Positions 25,414 to 32,000 of a stretch of DNA of 32,000 nucleotides are shown piece after piece; position 1 is the first letter of the stretch, and each line of letters opens with the position of its first letter. A model generated the notes under the pieces. It was not told where the DNA came from and searched no databases. It was given only the letters and a program-made list of their open reading frames with translations. The stretch comes from Candidatus Saccharimonadota bacterium (lineage in GTDB: Bacteria > Patescibacteriota > Gracilibacteria > UBA4473). The position numbers were made by a program, and so were the translations under genes. The DNA is taken from positions 330,001-362,000 of the forward strand of contig JAUIFI010000001.1 of NCBI GenBank assembly GCA_030429505.1. Reading direction: 5' to 3'.

Positions 25414-26580
25414 TTAAGCAAGAAGAGGTGTTATCCCGGGCAAATCTTTCCCTTCCAGAAATTCCAACATCGCGCCACCTCCGGTAGAGACATGCGAAAA
25501 ACGTGATTCAGAGACTCCAAATGCATGTAGAGCTTTCAAAGTATCGCCCCCTCCCAAAACAGTCTTAGCGGATTTTTGTTCGGCAATGCATGTGAGTATA
25601 GCTCGAGTACCTTCCTCAAAAGCAGGCTTTTCAATCATACCCACCGGACCATTCCATAAAATACTACGAGCATTTCTCAGACCTTCGCAAAATTGTCGAA
25701 TAGCTTTTGGTCCAATATCAAATATACTCATAGATTGAGATACTTTTTCAACATCAAAAACTTCCACCTGAGAACTCTCTTCATCTTCTGCACAAACGAC
25801 ATCAATCGGTAAATGAATATGAGTGTTATGCTCCTTGGCTATGTCAAAAATTTCCCGTGCCGTATCTATATACTCTTCTTCATAAAAACTCTTTCCTATC
25901 TCGTAACCCTGAGCCATTCGGAACGTATTCGCCAAAGCACCACCCAAAAACATATGCTCAGCAAATTGAGCAAAATGGGTCAAAACCGGAATTTTCGTCT
26001 TCAATTTTGCCCCGCCCATAACTATACAAAGCCCGGACATGGTTTCTTCTATCATGAAAGGGGAGAGTGCATCCACTTCTTTCGTTACCAAAAGCCCAGG
26101 ATAAGCAGGGAGAAATGAAGGTAATCCAGTAATCGAAGCTTCCTCTCTATGCGCCACAGCAAAAGCATCCATGACAAATACCTCACCCCCTAAATGACTG
26201 AGCTTTTTTAAAAATTCGGGAGAATTATCTTTGTTTCCAGCCCAAAATCGCACATTCTCATGCATCTGTATACGTTCACTACCGACAGTAAAATCTTTTT
26301 GAAATTCTACTGTTTCGCCCAAAAGTCTTTCTAGTTCAGAAGCAAGGATATTCGTCGATAGATCATCAACTACTTGACCATTCGGACGTCCTAAATGTGT
26401 CAAAACGTGGATGCGCTTTACCTTATTTTCCAGAAGAAATTGAAACGTTGGTAAAGCTGCCATAATCCGAGTATTATCCACAATAGAACCACTTTTAACC
26501 GGTACATTAAAATCGACACGTATCACCACGATTTTATCGCGAACAACCTCAGGCGTAAGTTTTTTGAGCTTCACACACAT
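25414..26580 (-). CDS. pgk: Phosphoglycerate kinase
   Basis: Motifs IRVDFNVP, LTHLGRPNG, VLGGGDT and STGGGAMLEFLEGKDLPG are present. I place the start at ATG 26580 (MCVKLKKLTPEVVRDKIVVIRVDFNVP). The tracked 39-aa extension to 26697 overlaps gatB and looks non-coding. GTG 26574 is an alternative start. Confidence 0.92.
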   Translation of the reverse strand: MCVKLKKLTPEVVRDKIVVIRVDFNVPVKSGSIVDNTRIMAALPTFQFLLENKVKRIHVLTHLGRPNGQVVDDLSTNILASELERLLGETVEFQKDFTVGSERIQMHENVRFWAGNKDNSPEFLKKLSHLGGEVFVMDAFAVAHREEASITGLPSFLPAYPGLLVTKEVDALSPFMIEETMSGLCIVMGGAKLKTKIPVLTHFAQFAEHMFLGGALANTFRMAQGYEIGKSFYEEEYIDTAREIFDIAKEHNTHIHLPIDVVCAEDEESSQVEVFDVEKVSQSMSIFDIGPKAIRQFCEGLRNARSILWNGPVGMIEKPAFEEGTRAILTCIAEQKSAKTVLGGGDTLKALHAFGVSESRFSHVSTGGGAMLEFLEGKDLPGITPLLA

Positions 26581-26624
26581 TATTCTAAAAGAGCTTTTAC
26601 GAAGAAGCAAAACAAAAATTTTCT

Positions 26625-26652
26625 TTGATTTTCTCTTTCCTTTTCCTAGACT
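26625..26652 (+). promoter_or_regulatory. Candidate gatB promoter: TTGATT - 16 bp - TAGACT in the pgk/gatB divergent region
   Basis: TTGATT lies at 26625-26630 and TAGACT at 26647-26652, about 25 nt before ATG 26678. The -10 box is weak. Confidence 0.25.
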
Positions 26653-26677
26653 AGGAGGGCATTTTTTAGCGACTTTT

Positions 26678-28087
26678 ATGGAACTTGAAACCATCATCGG
26701 TCTTGAAATTCACGCCCAATTATCCACAAAATCAAAACTCTTTAGTCCATCAGACAATGATGCTTTTGAAGCAAAACCGAATACTCGTATTAACGCTATC
26801 GATATGGGGTTTCCTGGTATGCTTCCCGTACTCAATAAAGTTGCCTTACAAAAAGCCGCTCGTGCTGCAGTAGCTCTAGGTTGCAAGATACAAAATTTCT
26901 CAAAATTCGACCGAAAAAGTTATTTTTATCCAGACCTACCAAATGGATTTCAGGTATCTCAATATGATCAGCCACTGGCTCTCAATGGAAAAGTAGAATT
27001 TGAAAGAGATGGAAAAAAACACTCAGTCAAAATCACTCGAGTACACCTCGAAAACGATGCAGGGAAACTTACCCATACCAAAAATGCTACACTCTGCGAC
27101 TATAATAGGTCAGGGACTCCACTTATTGAAATAGTAACAGATCCAGATCTTCGTTCTCCCGAAGAAGCACAAAGCTTAGCCAAAGAAATTCAGAAAATAC
27201 TCCGCTTTGTCGACGCATCAAATGCAGACATGGAAAAAGGAATGATGCGTTTTGATGCTTCTATTTCACTCCGACCCAAAAATGAGAAAAAACTCTATCC
27301 TCGAACAGAGATCAAAAACCTCAATTCATTTGTTTCTCTGCTAAAGGCCCTCAAAAAAGAACAATCTAGGCAAAAAGAACTTTGGAAAAAAAATAAACCA
27401 CAAGAAAACGAAATTACAGTAGGATGGCTAGATGACAGCGAGGAAATAAAAATTATGCGTGATAAAGAATCAGCGAACGACTACAGGTATATGCCAGAAC
27501 CGGACATCCCTCCTATTACATTCTCAGACGAAGACATTGCAGACATTGAAAAAAATATTCCCGAACTTCCACTCGCGAAATACAAACGTTATCGGAAAGA
27601 CTACAAACTCAACGAAAACGACGCCCTCAAACTTTCAGAAAGTATTATACTATCTTCTTTTTTTGAAGAAGCCGTCGCACAATCCAATGATACAAAAAAA
27701 TCAGCCAGTCTTATCCTGTCCACAGTTCTAGCTGATAATAATTGGCAACAGACACATATCACTCCCGAACATATAGCTGACATTATAGCCCTTCTCGATA
27801 AAGGTATAATCTCATCTTCCGGAGCGAAAGAAGTAATCATCGCTGCCATGAAAAATGGAAAGTCTGCCAAAACATTACTCAAAGAACTCGGACTAGAACA
27901 AGTATCAAATACTGATGATTTGGAAGCTTGGGTAAATGAAGTGATGCAAAATAACGAGCAATCAGTCCAAGATTATAAAAATGGGAAAGAAAAAGCACTC
28001 CAATATTTAATGGGACAAGTCATGAAACTTTCCAAAGGAGCCGCTAACCCGAAAATGATCTCTGAAATGCTCAAGAAAAGGTTGTAA
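26678..28087 (+). CDS. gatB: Asp-tRNA(Asn)/Glu-tRNA(Gln) amidotransferase subunit B
   Basis: True start is MELETIIGLEIHAQL. Motifs GFPGMLPVLN, FDRKSYFYPDLPNGFQVSQ, RVHLENDAGK and NRSGTPLIEIVT are present, as is the C-terminal GatB/YqeY tail (LMGQVMKLSKGAANP). The tracked start at 26564 adds a spurious 38 aa. Confidence 0.93.
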   Translation: MELETIIGLEIHAQLSTKSKLFSPSDNDAFEAKPNTRINAIDMGFPGMLPVLNKVALQKAARAAVALGCKIQNFSKFDRKSYFYPDLPNGFQVSQYDQPLALNGKVEFERDGKKHSVKITRVHLENDAGKLTHTKNATLCDYNRSGTPLIEIVTDPDLRSPEEAQSLAKEIQKILRFVDASNADMEKGMMRFDASISLRPKNEKKLYPRTEIKNLNSFVSLLKALKKEQSRQKELWKKNKPQENEITVGWLDDSEEIKIMRDKESANDYRYMPEPDIPPITFSDEDIADIEKNIPELPLAKYKRYRKDYKLNENDALKLSESIILSSFFEEAVAQSNDTKKSASLILSTVLADNNWQQTHITPEHIADIIALLDKGIISSSGAKEVIIAAMKNGKSAKTLLKELGLEQVSNTDDLEAWVNEVMQNNEQSVQDYKNGKEKALQYLMGQVMKLSKGAANPKMISEMLKKRL

Positions 28088-28110
28088 TAAAAGGCTTTTT
28101 CTGGTATAAT
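28082..28110 (+). promoter_or_regulatory. Extended -10 promoter: TTGTAA - 17 bp - (TGg)TATAAT
   Basis: TTGTAA lies at 28082-28087 (overlapping the gatB stop) and TGGTATAAT at 28102-28110, preceded by ggctttttc. ATG 28137 is 26 nt downstream, with taagg as a possible SD. Confidence 0.5.
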
Positions 28111-28136
28111 AGAAAGATAAGTAAGGCTATAAAAAT

Positions 28137-28364
28137 ATGAATTTTCTCCTCGAAAACGCCAAAGAAATTATGTACCTATGTTGGGGAGGTGGGTTTTTAT
28201 TGTTGATATTATTCACCATCAGAAGTTTAATTATTGCAACCAGAATCTTACAAAAACTCGATGACCTATCAGACATTTTTATCGAATATATTCAGAAACC
28301 TCTCCAATTTGTCATCCAAATAAGCCAACTTCTCTCAAAGCTAAAAAAGTGGTTTAAAAAGTAA
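28137..28364 (+). CDS. Small single-pass membrane protein (75 aa), function unknown
   Basis: It has its own promoter. One TM (LCWGGGFLLLILFTIRSLIIA) is followed by an amphipathic helix and a basic C-terminus (KLKKWFKK). The architecture recalls DUF948-type proteins, but this is not verifiable here. Confidence 0.55.
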   Translation: MNFLLENAKEIMYLCWGGGFLLLILFTIRSLIIATRILQKLDDLSDIFIEYIQKPLQFVIQISQLLSKLKKWFKK

Positions 28365-28408
28365 GGTTTAAATATTGTCTCAAGGAAAAAAAGGAATAAG
28401 GTAGACTC

Positions 28409-29359
28409 ATGTTTCATATTCCAGCCTTAATAGGGGATTACCCTACAGCTTATTTTGTTTATGAGACCATTACCTGGTTTCTAATATTGGGAATACCATT
28501 CCTTATTCTTTTTGGATGGAAAAGGAATGTATTTATAAAAAAAATTTATATATTCCTAGCCATTACAGGAGCTTTGATATGGGGAACCGTCCTTTACGGG
28601 AGTTTTATCGAGCCGCAAAGACTCGTTGTTCGTGAATTTCATATAACTGACAATAAACTTCCATCACTTCGCTTGGCAGTTATCGCTGATATTCATGTCG
28701 GTCCTTACAAAGACGCTAAGTGGGTAAAAAAAGTCGTAGAAAGGCTAAACAAAATTGAAGATGTCGACGCCTTATTGATTCCCGGAGATTTTGTCTTTGG
28801 CGGAGCTGGAAAATATGTTTCAGAACTTAACTCGCTTAAAGATATTAAATTCACTTACAAATTTGCAACTCTCGGAAACCATGACCATGATATTATCGAG
28901 CCTCGAAATACAATACAAAGCTCTACCGTATCAGTAAAATTAAAAGAACTCGGGCTACAAGAACTAAAAAATAAAAGTTTTTTTTGGGAAGAAAAAGATA
29001 TATGGATTATTGGCGTTGATGATAACGATTTAGGGTACCACGATGTAAAAAAAGCGTTTACTGGAGTTGATGATAAACCGAAGATTTTCCTAGCTCACTC
29101 GCCAGATATCCTAGATGAAATTGAGGAGCGATATAAAACAAACCTTGTTATTTCGGGACACACACATTGCGGACAAATCAGATTGCCTTCGCTAGGAGCA
29201 TTACCATTCACTATCCCAACCAAAAACGGAAAAAAGCTTGAGCGTTATCTCTATAAAAAAAATGGACAAAAAATAATGATCACCTGTGGATTGGGAGAAA
29301 CCGGACCTAGAGCTCGACTCTTTAATCCTCCAGAACTTGTCATCCTAAACATAAACTAA
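28409..29359 (+). CDS. Membrane-anchored metallophosphoesterase (calcineurin-like)
   Basis: Two N-terminal TM helices are followed by the canonical motif series DIHVG, GDFVFG, GNHDH and GHTHCGQ. Confidence 0.88.
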   Translation: MFHIPALIGDYPTAYFVYETITWFLILGIPFLILFGWKRNVFIKKIYIFLAITGALIWGTVLYGSFIEPQRLVVREFHITDNKLPSLRLAVIADIHVGPYKDAKWVKKVVERLNKIEDVDALLIPGDFVFGGAGKYVSELNSLKDIKFTYKFATLGNHDHDIIEPRNTIQSSTVSVKLKELGLQELKNKSFFWEEKDIWIIGVDDNDLGYHDVKKAFTGVDDKPKIFLAHSPDILDEIEERYKTNLVISGHTHCGQIRLPSLGALPFTIPTKNGKKLERYLYKKNGQKIMITCGLGETGPRARLFNPPELVILNIN

Positions 29360-29388
29360 TAGAATAATGTAGTAATAACTTTTTCAAT

Positions 29389-29685
29389 ATGACGTATTTA
29401 CAAGTTCGTATTTCTGATGAAGAAAAAGAAGCTGCTCGTCAGGTTTTAGACGACATGGGACTCAGTTTGTCAGCCGCAGTTAAAATTTTTCTTCGAAAAA
29501 CAGTTCAAGAACAAAAACTTCCTTTCGAAATATCAGCAAAACTCAATAAACCACTTTCCGTAAAAACAAAAGAAAAGACCAAAAAAGGAAAGTCAAAAGC
29601 ATTTGTTTCGAAAAAGAAAGAAGTCCAAATGCCAAGTGAGAGCAGGTTTACTAATTTTGCCAGTCGGGAGATTGAATCTGATTAA
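29389..29685 (+). CDS. RelB/DinJ-family antitoxin-like protein (ribbon-helix-helix) with a Lys-rich C-terminal tail
   Basis: MTYLQVRISDEEKEAARQVLDDMGLSLSAAVKIFLRKTVQEQKLPFEIS aligns by eye with the DinJ/RelB N-terminal domain (V/IR-I/LD..LK..A..VL..MGL..S.A...FL..V.....LPF). The C-terminal 45 aa are KT-rich. No toxin ORF is adjacent. Confidence 0.75.
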   Translation: MTYLQVRISDEEKEAARQVLDDMGLSLSAAVKIFLRKTVQEQKLPFEISAKLNKPLSVKTKEKTKKGKSKAFVSKKKEVQMPSESRFTNFASREIESD

Positions 29686-29758
29686 AGAATAAAAAAAGTA
29701 TTCATATTTTTTATTTTTAAAATATATATTAAATCCTTTAATAAAAAGAAAATAAAAG

Positions 29759-29785
29759 TTTTTGAATAAAATAAATATTCAAAAA
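29759..29785 (-). terminator. AT-rich hairpin downstream of rnhA (minus-strand terminator candidate)
   Basis: TTTTTGAATA (29759-29768) and TATTCAAAAA (29776-29785) form a 10-bp perfect inverted repeat with a 7-nt loop. Read on the minus strand it is followed by a T-rich run (cttttattttcttttt). The stem is almost all A-T, so stability is low. Confidence 0.3.
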
Positions 29786-29803
29786 AAGGGGGATCGGGAA
29801 GTG

Positions 29804-30253
29804 TTAATAATTATTCAAAACTTTGTTAACGATACCATCAGCAATCTTATTATCGTCTCTTTTTATATGACGAAAAGAAATAGTCCCAAAAGACATTTCT
29901 AAGTTTTTTGCTTTTTCAAAAAGTGGTTTGATATTTTTATTCTTCACTTTCCATTTCCCAGACATTTGTTCTACAAGCAATTTTGCATCTAAAAAGACTT
30001 CTAAATCGGTAATATTATGCTTTAAAGCCAATTCAAGCCCCAAAATAAGTCCAGAATACTCTCCAAAATTATTCGTCTGAATACCACAATACAATCCTTT
30101 TTGATCAATTTCTTGGTTTTGAGTATCAAAAAGCACAGCCCCTCCAGCACACTTTCCCGGATTACCACGACTACCACCATCACAGAAAAGCTTTCCTCGT
30201 ACTACATCTTGATTTTTTAAAGGGCGATCAGATTGTGAAAAAAGGTTATCCAT
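29804..30253 (-). CDS. rnhA: Ribonuclease HI
   Basis: Motifs CDGGSRGNPG, NNFGEY, LDAKLLVEQMSGKWKVKN and DNKIAD supply the D-E-D-D catalytic pattern. I prefer ATG 30253 over the tracked GTG 30265. ATG 30253 overlaps the proS stop by 8 nt (ATGGATAA). Confidence 0.88.
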   Translation of the reverse strand: MDNLFSQSDRPLKNQDVVRGKLFCDGGSRGNPGKCAGGAVLFDTQNQEIDQKGLYCGIQTNNFGEYSGLILGLELALKHNITDLEVFLDAKLLVEQMSGKWKVKNKNIKPLFEKAKNLEMSFGTISFRHIKRDDNKIADGIVNKVLNNY

Positions 30254-31967
30254 GACAGAATGCACGAATATTATCTTTCAAATCATCGAAAGACACGTTT
30301 TGAGTCTTCCCACTTTTACGTTCTACCCATTCAACCTCATTTTTTTCTAAAGTCCTTTCCGAAACAACAATACGAAGAGGAATTCCCATTAATTCATGAT
30401 CAGCAAACTTCTGTCCAGGACCGATCTTTTTATCCTGACGATTATCATAGAAAACCTCAATACCAGAATTTTGAAGATCTTCATACAGTTTTTCTGCTCG
30501 AGTATAGACACTCTGATCTCTTCCAATCGGAGCCAAATATACTTGATAAGGAGACACACTTTTCGGCCATTGAATCCCTCGATCATCATGAAATACTTCC
30601 ACCAATACACCCATAAGACGAGAAATTCCGATCCCATAACACCCCATAATCACCGGTATATTCTTTCCTTGCTCGTCAGTCGCAGTAAATCGAAAAGCAT
30701 CTGAGAATTTAGTCGAAAGAGGAAAAATATTTCCAACTTCAATAGCATGAGATATTTCATATATTTCTCCAGTATCAGGGTTTATATCACCAGAGTTTGC
30801 CACTTTAATATCATAAAACTGTTTTGGTTCAGGAATATCACGACCAAAATTAGCATTGATCGTATGATAATCCGTACGATTTGCTCCAGTCTCAAAGTTC
30901 ATACGTCCTTTACAAGACTCATCCATAATGGTCTCGACTTCATCTGGTAAATCAAGAATGCCTGCATAACCAACTTCTGCTTTGGTAACACGCTGAACTG
31001 TTTCACTCGATGCAAGTTTTAACATCTTACATCCTAAAACTTCTTTCAGCTTCAACTCGCTGATATTATATCCTCCCCGGACAGCCGCAGCCACGACTTT
31101 ACCAGTATCTGTCTCAAAGAGCATAGTTTTGGTCGTCTTTTCCACAGGGATTTTCAAAAAATCAGCTAAAGCTTCTACACCCACGATCCCTTTACCTTCG
31201 ACATCTTTTCGAGGAAGCATTTCAGTATCTTGATAACTCACAGCAGGAGCCTGAGAAGGTACTATTTCACGATTAAAATATTCTCCTGTCTTGGTATCAT
31301 AAAACACCATATCTTCTCCAACCTCAGAAATCGTTTGAAACTCATGCGAAAATTTTGAAAAATCTCCACCAGAAGCCGCTGTGATGTGCGTAATATCTCC
31401 AATCCCTAGTCTCTTGTAGACAGTCATATACACTTCTTTCATCTTCTCGTAATACGCCTCAAAATCTTCCTGAGAAGTATGAAATGAATACGCATCCTTC
31501 ATCCAAAACTCTCTTCCTCGCAGTAATCCTGACTTGGCTCGAGGTTCATTGCGAAACTTATCCTGAATTTGATATACACACATAGGAAAATCCTTATGCG
31601 AGCGACAAAAATATTGTACTAATGGCGTAACCGTTTCCTCATGAGTAGGAGCGAGAGCGACTTCTTTTCCGGAAGACATTTCCAACTTATACAAGACATC
31701 GACGCTATCCCAACGGCAAGTTCGCTCCCAGTTTTCTTTGGAAGCAAATGCTGGCATGAGAATTTCCATAGCCCCAACCCTATTCATTTCCTCTCGAACG
31801 ATCGTTTTTATCTTTTCCAAAACCCTCAATCCCAAAGGAAGATAAGAATAAACTCCAGCCATTTCCTTGTGAATAAAACCCGCCCGTATCAAAAGTTCTG
31901 CGTTTTTTGATTCTTCCTGAGCTGGAAGCTCACGTTGAGTTTTGATAAAAAGTTGAGAGTATTTCAT
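30246..31967 (-). CDS. proS: Prolyl-tRNA synthetase (bacterial type with insertion/editing domain)
   Basis: 573 aa. Motifs LIRAGFI, FRNEPRAKSGLLRGREFWMKDAYSFH (class II motif 2 region) and MGCYGIGISRL (motif 3) are present, with a C-terminal anticodon-binding domain. A central insertion of about 180 aa is consistent with an INS editing domain. Confidence 0.95.
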   Translation of the reverse strand: MKYSQLFIKTQRELPAQEESKNAELLIRAGFIHKEMAGVYSYLPLGLRVLEKIKTIVREEMNRVGAMEILMPAFASKENWERTCRWDSVDVLYKLEMSSGKEVALAPTHEETVTPLVQYFCRSHKDFPMCVYQIQDKFRNEPRAKSGLLRGREFWMKDAYSFHTSQEDFEAYYEKMKEVYMTVYKRLGIGDITHITAASGGDFSKFSHEFQTISEVGEDMVFYDTKTGEYFNREIVPSQAPAVSYQDTEMLPRKDVEGKGIVGVEALADFLKIPVEKTTKTMLFETDTGKVVAAAVRGGYNISELKLKEVLGCKMLKLASSETVQRVTKAEVGYAGILDLPDEVETIMDESCKGRMNFETGANRTDYHTINANFGRDIPEPKQFYDIKVANSGDINPDTGEIYEISHAIEVGNIFPLSTKFSDAFRFTATDEQGKNIPVIMGCYGIGISRLMGVLVEVFHDDRGIQWPKSVSPYQVYLAPIGRDQSVYTRAEKLYEDLQNSGIEVFYDNRQDKKIGPGQKFADHELMGIPLRIVVSERTLEKNEVEWVERKSGKTQNVSFDDLKDNIRAFCHG

Positions 31968-32000
31968 AAAAAAAATCGTTCAGATCATACTTATTTTTTA

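Noticed and set aside
26564-26697. Mutually overlapping N-terminal extensions of pgk (to 26697, minus strand) and gatB (from 26564, plus strand) in the ORF track
   Set aside because: Both extensions have non-protein-like sequence (MMVSSSIKVAKKCPPSLGKGKRKSKK...; MSFTHIILKELLRRSKTKIFFDFLFPFP...). They precede internal Met codons that match the canonical family N-termini (..VRVDFNVP for PGK; M-x-x-x-x-IGLE-x-H for GatB). The region is better explained as a 97-bp divergent promoter spacer.
1-32000. Alternative genetic code (UGA = Gly, code 25), as in some CPR-related lineages
   Set aside because: All conserved housekeeping genes and a 10.9-kb ORF are uninterrupted under the standard code. No gene needs read-through of TGA to reach family-typical length.

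Overview
AT-rich, gene-dense bacterial window read with the standard genetic code. All long ORFs are intact, and every stop I checked is TAA or TAG. The gene content and style suggest a small-genome, CPR/Patescibacteria-like organism; that taxon call is inference only. The flanks hold ordinary housekeeping genes. On the left are a 5'-truncated dnaE and a sugar-phosphate nucleotidyltransferase. On the right are ppa and pgk (minus strand), gatB, a small membrane protein, a membrane-anchored metallophosphoesterase, a solo RelB/DinJ antitoxin, and rnhA and proS (minus strand). The central two-thirds (about 3.7-24.4 kb) is one co-directional block of five genes with no recognisable enzymatic or ATPase motifs. 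In order they encode a small 2-TM protein, a 753-aa membrane protein with a poly-lysine segment, and a 774-aa polytopic membrane protein with a four-cysteine loop. These are followed by a 1433-aa signal-peptide-less coiled-coil/acidic protein built from three divergent copies of one module. The last gene encodes a 3624-aa secreted giant protein carrying Ig-like, FG-GAP-like, PKD-like and calcium-binding modules plus a 10-unit PxxPxx hexapeptide repeat. The block ends at a strong hairpin terminator. I interpret it as a candidate uncharacterised cell-surface or host-attachment apparatus (inference). Other observations: a recurrent T-tract + TGGTATAAT promoter architecture at four sites, two apparently leaderless gene starts, no TGA stop in 15 genes, and an unusually long structured non-coding gap after the giant gene. 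I saw no rRNA, convincing tRNA, CRISPR array, transposase or integrase.
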